Source: Planctomycetota bacterium
Lineage (GTDB): Bacteria; Planctomycetota; MHYJ01; JACPTZ01
Direction: 5' to 3'
Length of the DNA: 64,000 bases
Assembly (NCBI GenBank): GCA_016192525.1
Contig: JACPTZ010000132.1
Location: 4,202-68,201, forward strand
Shown here: positions 8,450-15,559 of the stretch, in pieces
Layout of the letters: the number at the start of each line of letters is the position of its first letter
Position numbering within the stretch: the stretch's first letter is position 1
Notes under the pieces: model-generated
What the model saw: only the letters and a program-made list of their open reading frames with translations
The model's database searches: none
Told to the model about the DNA's origin: nothing
Position numbers and translations under genes: made by a program

Positions 8450-9763
8450 CTATCGCGCCGCCCAGAGCGCCTGGGCGAGTCCCCAGCCACGGCCCCAGGC
8501 CTGACGGAACCGGCCCCAGTAGTGGACCGGCGCCACCTCTGCGGCGATCGCATCGAGGCGGGCCAGGGCCGCTCGCGGGGGGAAGATCGCGCGTTGCAGA
8601 AACCGCCCGCGGGCCACCCAGGAGTCCATCATCGCCAGATAGGCGAGCCAGTTCACCCCGCCGCGGCGGACATCGGCCCGCACGGCCCGGGCAAACCAGC
8701 GCTCGGTTCCCCAGACCGGCCCCAGCCCCCTCAACTCAGAGGCCTCGGGAGGCAGCCGGGCCCCGATCAGGTCCTCGGCGAAACGGAGCGCATAGGCGAG
8801 CGGGCGATCGAGCCCGAAGCGGATCGCCTCACGGTGAACACCCGACCAGAATTCTCGCGGGCCGGCGGACACGTCCGGGCTCATCCACACGTCGATGTCC
8901 TCGCGGCGGCGCTCGTGCGCCGCATCCCAGGCCTCCCCGAGCCCCTCCACGACCTCCGCGATGTCGGTGAGGAGGATGAGCTTTTCATAGCAGTGCTTGA
9001 GCGCGTGCTCCGCGAGGTGGAGCAGGAAGTGCGCCGGCGAGAGGACCCGGACGGGAGCGCCGCCCAGCGTCCAGGGACGCGAGGCCCGCCACAGGGCGTC
9101 CAGATCGATCAAGCGCGCGTAGACGTCGAGCGGATACGAGGCGTTGACAAGGTGCCAGTGGACATGGAGGAACAGGGGTTGCCCGGCCTCCTCCCGCCGG
9201 TACATGAGCGTGTTCCGGAAGGGGCTCTCGTCGAGCCGCGCGGCGTCGAGGACCGGTTCCCGGTCCGGGGCATAGCCCAGGGCGACGCATGCGCGGTGGG
9301 CCTCGGTCACGGCGGAACGCGGAATGAGGAGATCGACATCCTGGCACGGTCGCAGTCCGATGTTGCGGTAGACGGCCGTGCCAAGGAACGCGCCCTTGAG
9401 GAGGATGACGGGAATTCGGGCGGAGTCGAGGGCGGCGCACAGTCGCCGCGTGTCGGAGAGGAGGCGGATCGTACGGGCGGCCGAGGCGTAGTAAACGGTG
9501 TCCAGTTCCTCGCGGACCGCCGGCGGGACCCTCGGGGAGAAGTCCGGGTCGACGGCGTGACGGCGGACCAGCCCGCTCAGCCCCTCCCGCCGGGCCCCGG
9601 CGAGGACAGCGGTCCAGTCGACCGGCTGCGCGAGGAGGCGATTGATGTGCTCGCGGGCCTCCGGGTTGAGTCGACACCGCGCCAGACGGCGGACGAGCGC
9701 CACGGCGCGCCCGGCCGGGCCGGAACGCTCACCCTGGGGAATCGCGGGAGTCGAACGCGGCAT
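8450..9763 (-). CDS. Uncharacterised nucleotidyltransferase family protein (PF14907 / NTP_transf_5-like)
   Basis: Motifs IPVILLKGAFLGTAVYRNIGLRPCQDVDLLIP and FLHVHWHLVN match my memory of this family. The start is uncertain: I prefer ATG 9761-9763. The TTG at 9808 would translate the CAA-rich repeat into MLCCGGCCC. Confidence 0.6.
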   Translation of the reverse strand: MPRSTPAIPQGERSGPAGRAVALVRRLARCRLNPEAREHINRLLAQPVDWTAVLAGARREGLSGLVRRHAVDPDFSPRVPPAVREELDTVYYASAARTIRLLSDTRRLCAALDSARIPVILLKGAFLGTAVYRNIGLRPCQDVDLLIPRSAVTEAHRACVALGYAPDREPVLDAARLDESPFRNTLMYRREEAGQPLFLHVHWHLVNASYPLDVYARLIDLDALWRASRPWTLGGAPVRVLSPAHFLLHLAEHALKHCYEKLILLTDIAEVVEGLGEAWDAAHERRREDIDVWMSPDVSAGPREFWSGVHREAIRFGLDRPLAYALRFAEDLIGARLPPEASELRGLGPVWGTERWFARAVRADVRRGGVNWLAYLAMMDSWVARGRFLQRAIFPPRAALARLDAIAAEVAPVHYWGRFRQAWGRGWGLAQALWAAR

Positions 9764-10038
9764 CGGGGAAGGCCCCAAGCGACAACAACAACCGCCACAA
9801 CAGAGCAACTACAACGACGACGGGAGCCGCGGAAGCAGAGACGGCAGGAGCTATGGAGCGGCTACCTCCTCGGGAGGCCGGCGGGTCGACGGACCGGGGG
9901 GAGAGACGCGGAGGGAGGGCGCGCGGAGACGCGGGGACGCGGAGGAGACACGCCCATCGCCGCTGTCCCTGGACTGCCCTCGACGTCCTCCGTGGATCCG
10001 TCCCCCCGTGGCCGTGCCTTCTGTGCCTCTTTCGAGGC

Positions 10039-12747
10039 TCACTTGTCCCGGGGGGCCTGGCGGGCGGCGTCCTCGATCATCTCCCGCAGACTCGCCTCCT
10101 GGGAAGGGTCGGCGGCGATGGCGGCGTTCCAGTCCGAGATCGCCTCCGCCCACCGGCCGAGGTTGTACTTCGCGATGCCGCGGTTGCGCAGCGCCACCAC
10201 GAGACCCGGCCGCTGGGCGATCGCCTTGTCGTAGAACAGGATCGCCTGCTCCTGGTCCCCCTTCCCGGCGTAACAGAGCCCTCCGAGCACCCAGGCCTCC
10301 ACGTACTTCGAGTCGATCTTCGCCGCCTCCAGGAGCCGGGCCAGCGCATCGTCATACTTCCGCTGCAGGTAGGCGTTGTGCGCCCGACCGAAGAGCGCAG
10401 AGACGTTTCGGGCGTCCCGTTTCAGGACGTTGGCGTACTCCGATTCCGACTCCTCGAATCGCCTCAGTTCTCCGAGCAGGTTTCCCCGGGCGAGGGCGGC
10501 CATGACGTTTCCGGGATCGGCAATGAGGGCCTCCGCGAATTCTGCAAGCGCCAGGTCGAAGTAGCGTTGATCGTCCGGGGACCCGGACTCCCGGGCTATT
10601 CCTTCGAGCGCCTTGCCCCGGTTGACGTGGATGGCCGGGTCGCCCGGCCTTTCTCTCGTTGCCTCGTCCAGATGGCCCAGCGCCTCACGACACTGTCCCT
10701 TCCCCAGGAGATAGAGGCCGAGAAGGGTGTGGGCGTCGATGCACGGTTCGGAGTTGGACGGATGACCGAGAACCTCCTCGATCTCAATGGCCCGAAGTCC
10801 GTCCTCCACCGCCCCGTCGAGCAGGTCCGGGGACCGCGTTTCGAGATAGGTGGAGTACCGGAGCCGGGAACGGATGACCCAGGCGGCGCCGGAGGTCGGG
10901 CGGTTGTCCTGCTTGGTCAGCGCGATGAGGCGGTCTGCATCCTCGAGCGCCAGGGCGTACTGGCCGCGTTGAAACCGGAAGTCGCGACGGGCCTCGAGCG
11001 CCTCCCGGCTGCACCCGTCCCGGCGACACGCGGTATCCAGGTCGGAGGCGGCCTCCTCCACCTGGCCCATCCCCTTCCGCGCCTCAGCCCTCCGCAGGTA
11101 GGCGGCGATCAGGTTTGGGTTCGCCTTGACCGCCCGGTCGCACAGGCCGAGCGCACCGGGGTAGTCCTGCTGTTCAAGATGGATCGCGGCCCGGAGCACC
11201 AGCAGGGCGGCATTCTCCGGGGCCAGCACCTCGGCCTGATCCAGGCTCGCCATCGCGGCCCGGAGGTTGCCCTTCTTCAGATAGAGCTGCGATTCGAGCT
11301 GAAACCCCTCGGCCGTCGGGAGGACGCCGAGCGCGGTTTGTACGGCGGCCAGCGCATCGTCGGATTTTCCCTCCTGAAGCAGGCTTCGACCCTCCCCGAT
11401 CCGCCGCTCGTATTTCTCTCGAAGCTCCTCCGAGGCCCGGTGGCGTCGGTACATCATTCCCCCCCACGCTGAAGCCAGGGAGACGAGCACGACGGCGACG
11501 GCCCCCATCCGGTATCCGGTCGGGTTGCGCTCGATCCGGTCCCGCAGCCGCAGCCAGACCCCCTTCGGACGCGCCGTGAGAGGACGACCATCCCTGAAGT
11601 TCCGGAGGTCCTGGGCGAGGGAAGCCGCGGTCGCATATCGCCGACGCGGGTCCTTCTCCATGGCTCGGACGATCACGGTCTCGATCTCGACGGGCAAATC
11701 GGGATCGAGGTGGGTGGGAAGGATCGGATCCTCCTCGACCACCTTCTTCATGATGGCGTGGGAGGTCTCCCCCTGGTACGGCGCTTCGCCGGTCACGAGT
11801 TCATAGAGGGTGGCCCCCAGCGAGTAGATGTCGGAGCGGGGACCGATCTCGTCCTTCGAGGCGGTGGCCTGCTCCGGACTCATGTACATGGGGGTCCCGA
11901 GAACGGTGCCGGAGGCGGTGAGCGTGGCGTCGAGGGAGTCCTTGGCGAGCCCGAAGTCGGTGATGAGCGCCCGGCCGGCGGGGGTGACCATGATGTTGTC
12001 GGGCTTGATGTCGCGATGGACGATCCCCTTCTGGTGCGCGTAGTCGAGTCCGTCCGCCACCTCCGCGATGAGGCGGGCGCACTCGCCCGGGGTGAGGTTG
12101 TTCTCCCGGGCGTGCCGGCGGAGGGAGACCCCGTCGACGAAGGTCATCGCGTAGAAGTGGACGTTCCGGTCCTGGCCGGTGCCGTGAATGCCGACGATGT
12201 TCGGATGCTCAAGGCGCGCCGCGGCCTTCGCCTCGCGGTGGAACCGGTCCACCATCTCCGGGCTCGACGTGTAGCTCCCGTTCAGGACCTTGAGGGCGAC
12301 CCGACGGTTGAGCGAATCCTGCGTCGCCTCGTAGACCACTCCCATCGCCCCCCGGCCGAGCTCGCGGCCGAGCGTGAAATCCCCGACCCGGCCGCCGGGG
12401 GCCAGGACCCCTCCGTCGTCGCCCGAGGGCGAGGAGCGGGCGATTCCGCCGGGACCCGCCGCCAGGACGGTGGGAGTGCTCGCGATGTCCGAGGCGGCGG
12501 GAACGGAGGAGGGACGAGAAGGGGCCAGCACCGTGGCGGCGGTGGCCGCGGGATCCACTCCCGCGTCGCGGAGACACTGGGCGGCCGCGCCCGCACTGCA
12601 GACCCCCTGGGAGACGGCAATCTGCCAGAGAGGGTCCGCTTCGAGACTCCGACGCTGGATGCGGCGGCAGTCCTCAATGGCGCTGTCGGTGAGGAGACCA
12701 CGGCGAAGGGCCGCAGCGGCAAAGGCCTCGTCCAAAGGATCGGCCAT
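10039..12747 (-). CDS. Hanks-type Ser/Thr protein kinase with a TM segment and C-terminal TPR repeats
   Basis: 902 aa. It has GRGAMGVVYEA...VALKV (ATP site), HRDIKPDNIMV (catalytic loop), DFGLAK and SPEQ. A TM helix (GAVAVVLVSLASAWGGMMY) is followed by ~10 TPR-like repeats. Confidence 0.9.
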   Translation of the reverse strand: MADPLDEAFAAAALRRGLLTDSAIEDCRRIQRRSLEADPLWQIAVSQGVCSAGAAAQCLRDAGVDPAATAATVLAPSRPSSVPAASDIASTPTVLAAGPGGIARSSPSGDDGGVLAPGGRVGDFTLGRELGRGAMGVVYEATQDSLNRRVALKVLNGSYTSSPEMVDRFHREAKAAARLEHPNIVGIHGTGQDRNVHFYAMTFVDGVSLRRHARENNLTPGECARLIAEVADGLDYAHQKGIVHRDIKPDNIMVTPAGRALITDFGLAKDSLDATLTASGTVLGTPMYMSPEQATASKDEIGPRSDIYSLGATLYELVTGEAPYQGETSHAIMKKVVEEDPILPTHLDPDLPVEIETVIVRAMEKDPRRRYATAASLAQDLRNFRDGRPLTARPKGVWLRLRDRIERNPTGYRMGAVAVVLVSLASAWGGMMYRRHRASEELREKYERRIGEGRSLLQEGKSDDALAAVQTALGVLPTAEGFQLESQLYLKKGNLRAAMASLDQAEVLAPENAALLVLRAAIHLEQQDYPGALGLCDRAVKANPNLIAAYLRRAEARKGMGQVEEAASDLDTACRRDGCSREALEARRDFRFQRGQYALALEDADRLIALTKQDNRPTSGAAWVIRSRLRYSTYLETRSPDLLDGAVEDGLRAIEIEEVLGHPSNSEPCIDAHTLLGLYLLGKGQCREALGHLDEATRERPGDPAIHVNRGKALEGIARESGSPDDQRYFDLALAEFAEALIADPGNVMAALARGNLLGELRRFEESESEYANVLKRDARNVSALFGRAHNAYLQRKYDDALARLLEAAKIDSKYVEAWVLGGLCYAGKGDQEQAILFYDKAIAQRPGLVVALRNRGIAKYNLGRWAEAISDWNAAIAADPSQEASLREMIEDAARQAPRDK

Positions 12748-12818
12748 CGGCGAGACTCCGGGAATAATCCCCGGTCTACCTTCGAGGGGGCGGGGCGGTC
12801 AAGGGGAATCCGCGCGCG

Positions 12819-12921
12819 CAGGGGCGGGGACCGACCTTGGGATGGCGGACGGCGGATTGTGGATGGCAGATTGAACGGAGAAGGCCCGGGACGATGTCGC
12901 GGACAGGGGCGGGGACCGACC
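12819..12921. repeat. 18-nt direct repeat pair in the kinase upstream region
   Basis: CAGGGGCGGGGACCGACC occurs at 12819-12836 and again, identical, at 12904-12921 (85-nt period). Confidence 0.7.
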
Positions 12922-13113
12922 AACCGTTGGAGGAACCATCGGGTCGAGGAGTGCCCTGGACGGCGGGTGTGCCGGTGATGGTTGCCTCGGGCCGGTGAGG
13001 GAGGGACCGGCCGGAGACGGGGAACTACAACACCCGCCGTCCACAGGGCACAGGCCTCTTGATGTCGACATGCCGGCCGTTCGCCGTACCGCCGCCAGGC
13101 GGTTCGCCAAGGG

Positions 13114-13140
13114 CGCGCCCTGACGGGCGCACTACGAACG
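13114..13140. repeat. REP-like hairpin repeat (third copy)
   Basis: CGCGCCCTGACGGGCGCACTACGA is the exact reverse complement of 6893-6916. It lies just downstream of the PilZ gene stop, so it may also act as a terminator-like hairpin. Confidence 0.7.
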
Positions 13141-13174
13141 CCGCACTTCCGGGATGATCCCGTCGACCGGCCCC

Positions 13175-13537
13175 TCAGCGGGGCGACGTGGCCGTCTTCC
13201 AGTCCCCGCGTTGTGCCAGCCGGACGAGATCATCCCGCACGGACGGATCGAGGCGGACAAACGCGACTCCCATTCCGGGCTCCGGGGCTTCCACGCTCTC
13301 CCAGATGACGCGGCCGAGGACGCGCACCGCTTCAGACTGGCTGGGGATCGTGAACTCCAGTTCGCATAGGGTGCCCAAGGACCACGGGACGGAGGTCGGG
13401 ACGAAAAGTCCTCCCGCTCCGATGTTGGTCGCAATCCTCTGCTCTAAGTACCCCTCGCGCATCTCCAGTCGACGGAAGCGGAGACGTGTGGTCAAGGGGA
13501 GCCTGAGATACGCGCGTCTCTCCGCTTCCGGAGGCAC
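13175..13537 (-). CDS. PilZ-domain protein (putative c-di-GMP receptor)
   Basis: 120 aa with a GTG start at 13535-13537 and a strong AGGAGG SD 9 nt upstream. It has RRAYLR (RxxxR) and NIGAGGLFV (a D/NxSxxG-like motif) at the canonical spacing. Confidence 0.7.
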   Translation of the reverse strand: MPPEAERRAYLRLPLTTRLRFRRLEMREGYLEQRIATNIGAGGLFVPTSVPWSLGTLCELEFTIPSQSEAVRVLGRVIWESVEAPEPGMGVAFVRLDPSVRDDLVRLAQRGDWKTATSPR

Positions 13538-13721
13538 AACGGCACCACCTCCTTCCGGGAGCCATCAGGAACTTCCGTCACATGCGCAAAATGCAGTCCT
13601 GACACCATGCGAATCCTGTCACGAGCATGAAATGCAAGCTGCGTAGTGCACACCACTTAAGCTGCTGAGGTTCGAATTGCGGCCAGGATGCGTACACGTG
13701 TGTGCTCGGACAAGCGCAGTT

Positions 13722-13737
13722 TGCAAACAGATTGCCT
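13722..13737 (-). promoter_or_regulatory. Candidate sigma-54 (-24/-12) promoter upstream of the PilZ gene
   Basis: The minus strand reads AGGCAATCTGTTTGCA, against the consensus TGGCACG-N4-TTGCW. GGCA and TTGCA are present with the exact canonical spacing. It would give a ~170-nt leader to the PilZ start. Confidence 0.45.
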
Positions 13738-13831
13738 ATACACCACGGTACATGCTGCGGATAATAGCCTTGCGTGCATTTGCATGTTGGGAATGTGGAC
13801 TTGCGAACCTCGGAATGGGGCGCGCCAGCAC

Positions 13832-13880
13832 GGGGGAGGGCCGCGCCCCTCCCCCTCCCCCCTCCCCTCCGGGGAGGGGG
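13832..13880 (-). other. G/C-tract element: G-quadruplex-type motif on the transcribed strand, flanked by complementary runs
   Basis: The minus strand at 13846-13870 reads GGAGGGGAGGGGGGAGGGGGAGGGG (four G-runs of 4 or more with 1-nt loops). The plus-strand G-runs GGGGGAGGG (13832-13840) and GGGGAGGGGG (13871-13880) can pair with it as alternative hairpins. Confidence 0.6.
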
Positions 13881-13923
13881 AAACAGCAACGGCAAGATCA
13901 CCCGCGAAGCCAGAGTCGACGGA

Positions 13924-15378
13924 TCATTGGCCTTTTTCCGGCGGAGTATTCCCGTCCGGCGGCGCGCCGAGAGCCTTCGGATCCACCCGGTACTTCTTGA
14001 GCTTGCGGTAGAGCGTGCTCCGGTCGATTTCGAGAAGGTCGGCCGTCGCCTTCGTGTCGCCGTGCTGCTCCGTCAGTACCCGGAGGATCGTCTCACGCTC
14101 GATCTCGGCGAGCGACTTGTGCTTCCCGGGAGGCGGACCGTAGCGGCGGCTCTTCTCCTGGACCGAAGCGGAGACGGCGGCCGGCAGGTCGCCCACCTCA
14201 ATCTGCGGTCCGTGGCCGAGCGCGAAGGCGCGTTCGATGACATGCTCCAGCTCGCGGACATTTCCCGGCCAGTCGTATCGGAGGAGCAGGATCAGCGCCT
14301 CGCGCGACACCGCCCGCACGTTCCTGTATCCGAGCTTCGAGAAGTGCTGGATGAAGTGGTCGACGAGAAGCGGGATGTCGTCCTTCCGCTGCCGGAGCGG
14401 AGGAACGAGAACGGAAACCACATTCAGCCGGTAGAAGAGATCGGCCCGGAAGCGCCCCGACTTCACGTCGGCCTCGAGGTCGCGGTTGGTCGAGCTCAGG
14501 ATCCGGACGTTGACGTCGAGCATTCCGGTCCCGCCCACGGGGCGGATCTTTTTCGTCTCGATCGCCCGGAGCAGGGTGGGCTGCACGTCGATCGGGACCT
14601 CGCCGATCTCGTCGAGCAGGAGCGTCCCGCCGTCGGCCACGGCGAAGAGCCCCGCCTTCTTCGCATGGGCGCCGGTGAAGGACCCCTTCTCATGGCCGTA
14701 CAGCTCGCTCTCGATGAGCGTGGAGGGGATCGCCCCGCAATCCACGGTGACGAACGGCTTCGCCGCCCTCCGCGAATTGAAGTGGATGGCGCGGGCGATC
14801 AGCTCCTTCCCCGTCCCGCTCTCCCCCTGGATGAGAACGGTGCACTCCTCCTGGCTCACCTTGCGGATCACCTGGTCGATCTCTTCCATGGCCGGCGTCA
14901 GGCCGACCAGACTCCCCAGCCGGTACCGGTCCTTGAGCTGCCCGGTGAGCAGCCGGTTCTGGATCTTCAGCCGCTGCATCTTCCGGAGACGTTCGAGCAC
15001 GATCCGGATCTCGGAGAGGCCGAACGGCTTCGTGAGGTAGTCGTAGGCGCCGAGCTTCATCGCCTGCACGGCGCTCTCCACCGACGCATGGCCGGTGACG
15101 ATCACCACCTCGACATCAGGATGCTGGTGCTTGATCGTCTCGAGCAAATGAAGCCCGTCCTCGCCGGGCAGGGTGAGATCGACGAAGGCGACGTCGCACG
15201 GATGACGCTGGAGATGGACGTGCGCCTCGGCGGCGGCGCCGGCCGTCGTGATCTGGATGGTGTCGGTGGCGACGAGCTGGTCGAAGAGGTGACGAATGGA
15301 CGGCTCGTCGTCGACGACCAGGCAGTTGACCGGCGCAAGGTCAGGCAAGGGAGCAATAGGTGTAAGCGCGGGACGCAA
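13924..15378 (-). CDS. Sigma-54-dependent response regulator (NtrC-family bacterial enhancer-binding protein)
   Basis: It has a receiver domain (LVVDDEPS...VAFVDLTLPGEDG...KP), an AAA+ core (GESGTGKELIARAIH, a GSFTGA variant of GAFTGA, and ESELFGHE-like ESELYGHE), and a C-terminal Fis-type HTH (ATADLLEIDRSTLYRKLKKY). The start at 15378 is a TTG and therefore uncertain. Confidence 0.9.
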   Translation of the reverse strand: MRPALTPIAPLPDLAPVNCLVVDDEPSIRHLFDQLVATDTIQITTAGAAAEAHVHLQRHPCDVAFVDLTLPGEDGLHLLETIKHQHPDVEVVIVTGHASVESAVQAMKLGAYDYLTKPFGLSEIRIVLERLRKMQRLKIQNRLLTGQLKDRYRLGSLVGLTPAMEEIDQVIRKVSQEECTVLIQGESGTGKELIARAIHFNSRRAAKPFVTVDCGAIPSTLIESELYGHEKGSFTGAHAKKAGLFAVADGGTLLLDEIGEVPIDVQPTLLRAIETKKIRPVGGTGMLDVNVRILSSTNRDLEADVKSGRFRADLFYRLNVVSVLVPPLRQRKDDIPLLVDHFIQHFSKLGYRNVRAVSREALILLLRYDWPGNVRELEHVIERAFALGHGPQIEVGDLPAAVSASVQEKSRRYGPPPGKHKSLAEIERETILRVLTEQHGDTKATADLLEIDRSTLYRKLKKYRVDPKALGAPPDGNTPPEKGQ

Positions 15379-15427
15379 GTGGGGGAAGACGGACGGGAGG
15401 GTTCCTCACGAAAAGGACATCACTCAT

Positions 15428-15559
15428 GTCATCCTGAGCTCGCCCGCCTCCGGTCGGCGGGCGAAGCGAAGGATCACCAGCCTCGGCCCGGTCTGGGCGA
15501 TTCCGCGGACAAGCCCGGCGATCCTTCGCCTCGCCCCGTGGGGCGAGGCTCAGGATGAC
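15428..15559. repeat. 132-nt nested-palindrome intergenic element (REP/MITE-like or structured RNA)
   Basis: The outer arms GTCATCCTGAGC (15428-15439) and GCTCAGGATGAC (15548-15559) are complementary. The inner arms GAAGCGAAGGATC and GATCCTTCGCCTC are near-complementary (11 of 13 positions). There are also two small hairpins, GCCCGCC-TCCGGTC-GGCGGGC and GCCCC-GT-GGGGC. The right arm contains the stop codon of the 15550-19023 gene. Confidence 0.65.

Noticed and set aside
8080-8553. A Cys-rich minus-strand ORF (CCRCCCGCSR repeats, poly-Cys) and a poly-Val/Ala ORF (8115-8312) across the same repeat.
   Set aside because: These are translation artefacts of the trinucleotide repeat. The first overlaps the 3' end of the nucleotidyltransferase gene out of frame.
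12799-13110. A 103-aa minus-strand ORF in the PilZ-kinase spacer.
   Set aside because: It is Pro/Ser/Ala-rich low complexity, has no SD and contains the direct repeats. I treat it as non-coding.
13655-13690. GGTTCGAAT, a tRNA T-loop-like sequence, which might suggest a tRNA or tmRNA fragment.
   Set aside because: The flanking bases do not form a T-stem on either strand (position 61 is T, and 50-64 mispair). No acceptor or anticodon arms could be built.
13578-13901. A 107-aa minus-strand ORF in the bEBP-PilZ spacer.
   Set aside because: It spans the G/C-tract and the AT-rich promoter island, and it has an odd composition (Cys/Trp/Gln-rich tail, poly-Gly/Arg head). It has no SD. It is more likely regulatory DNA.
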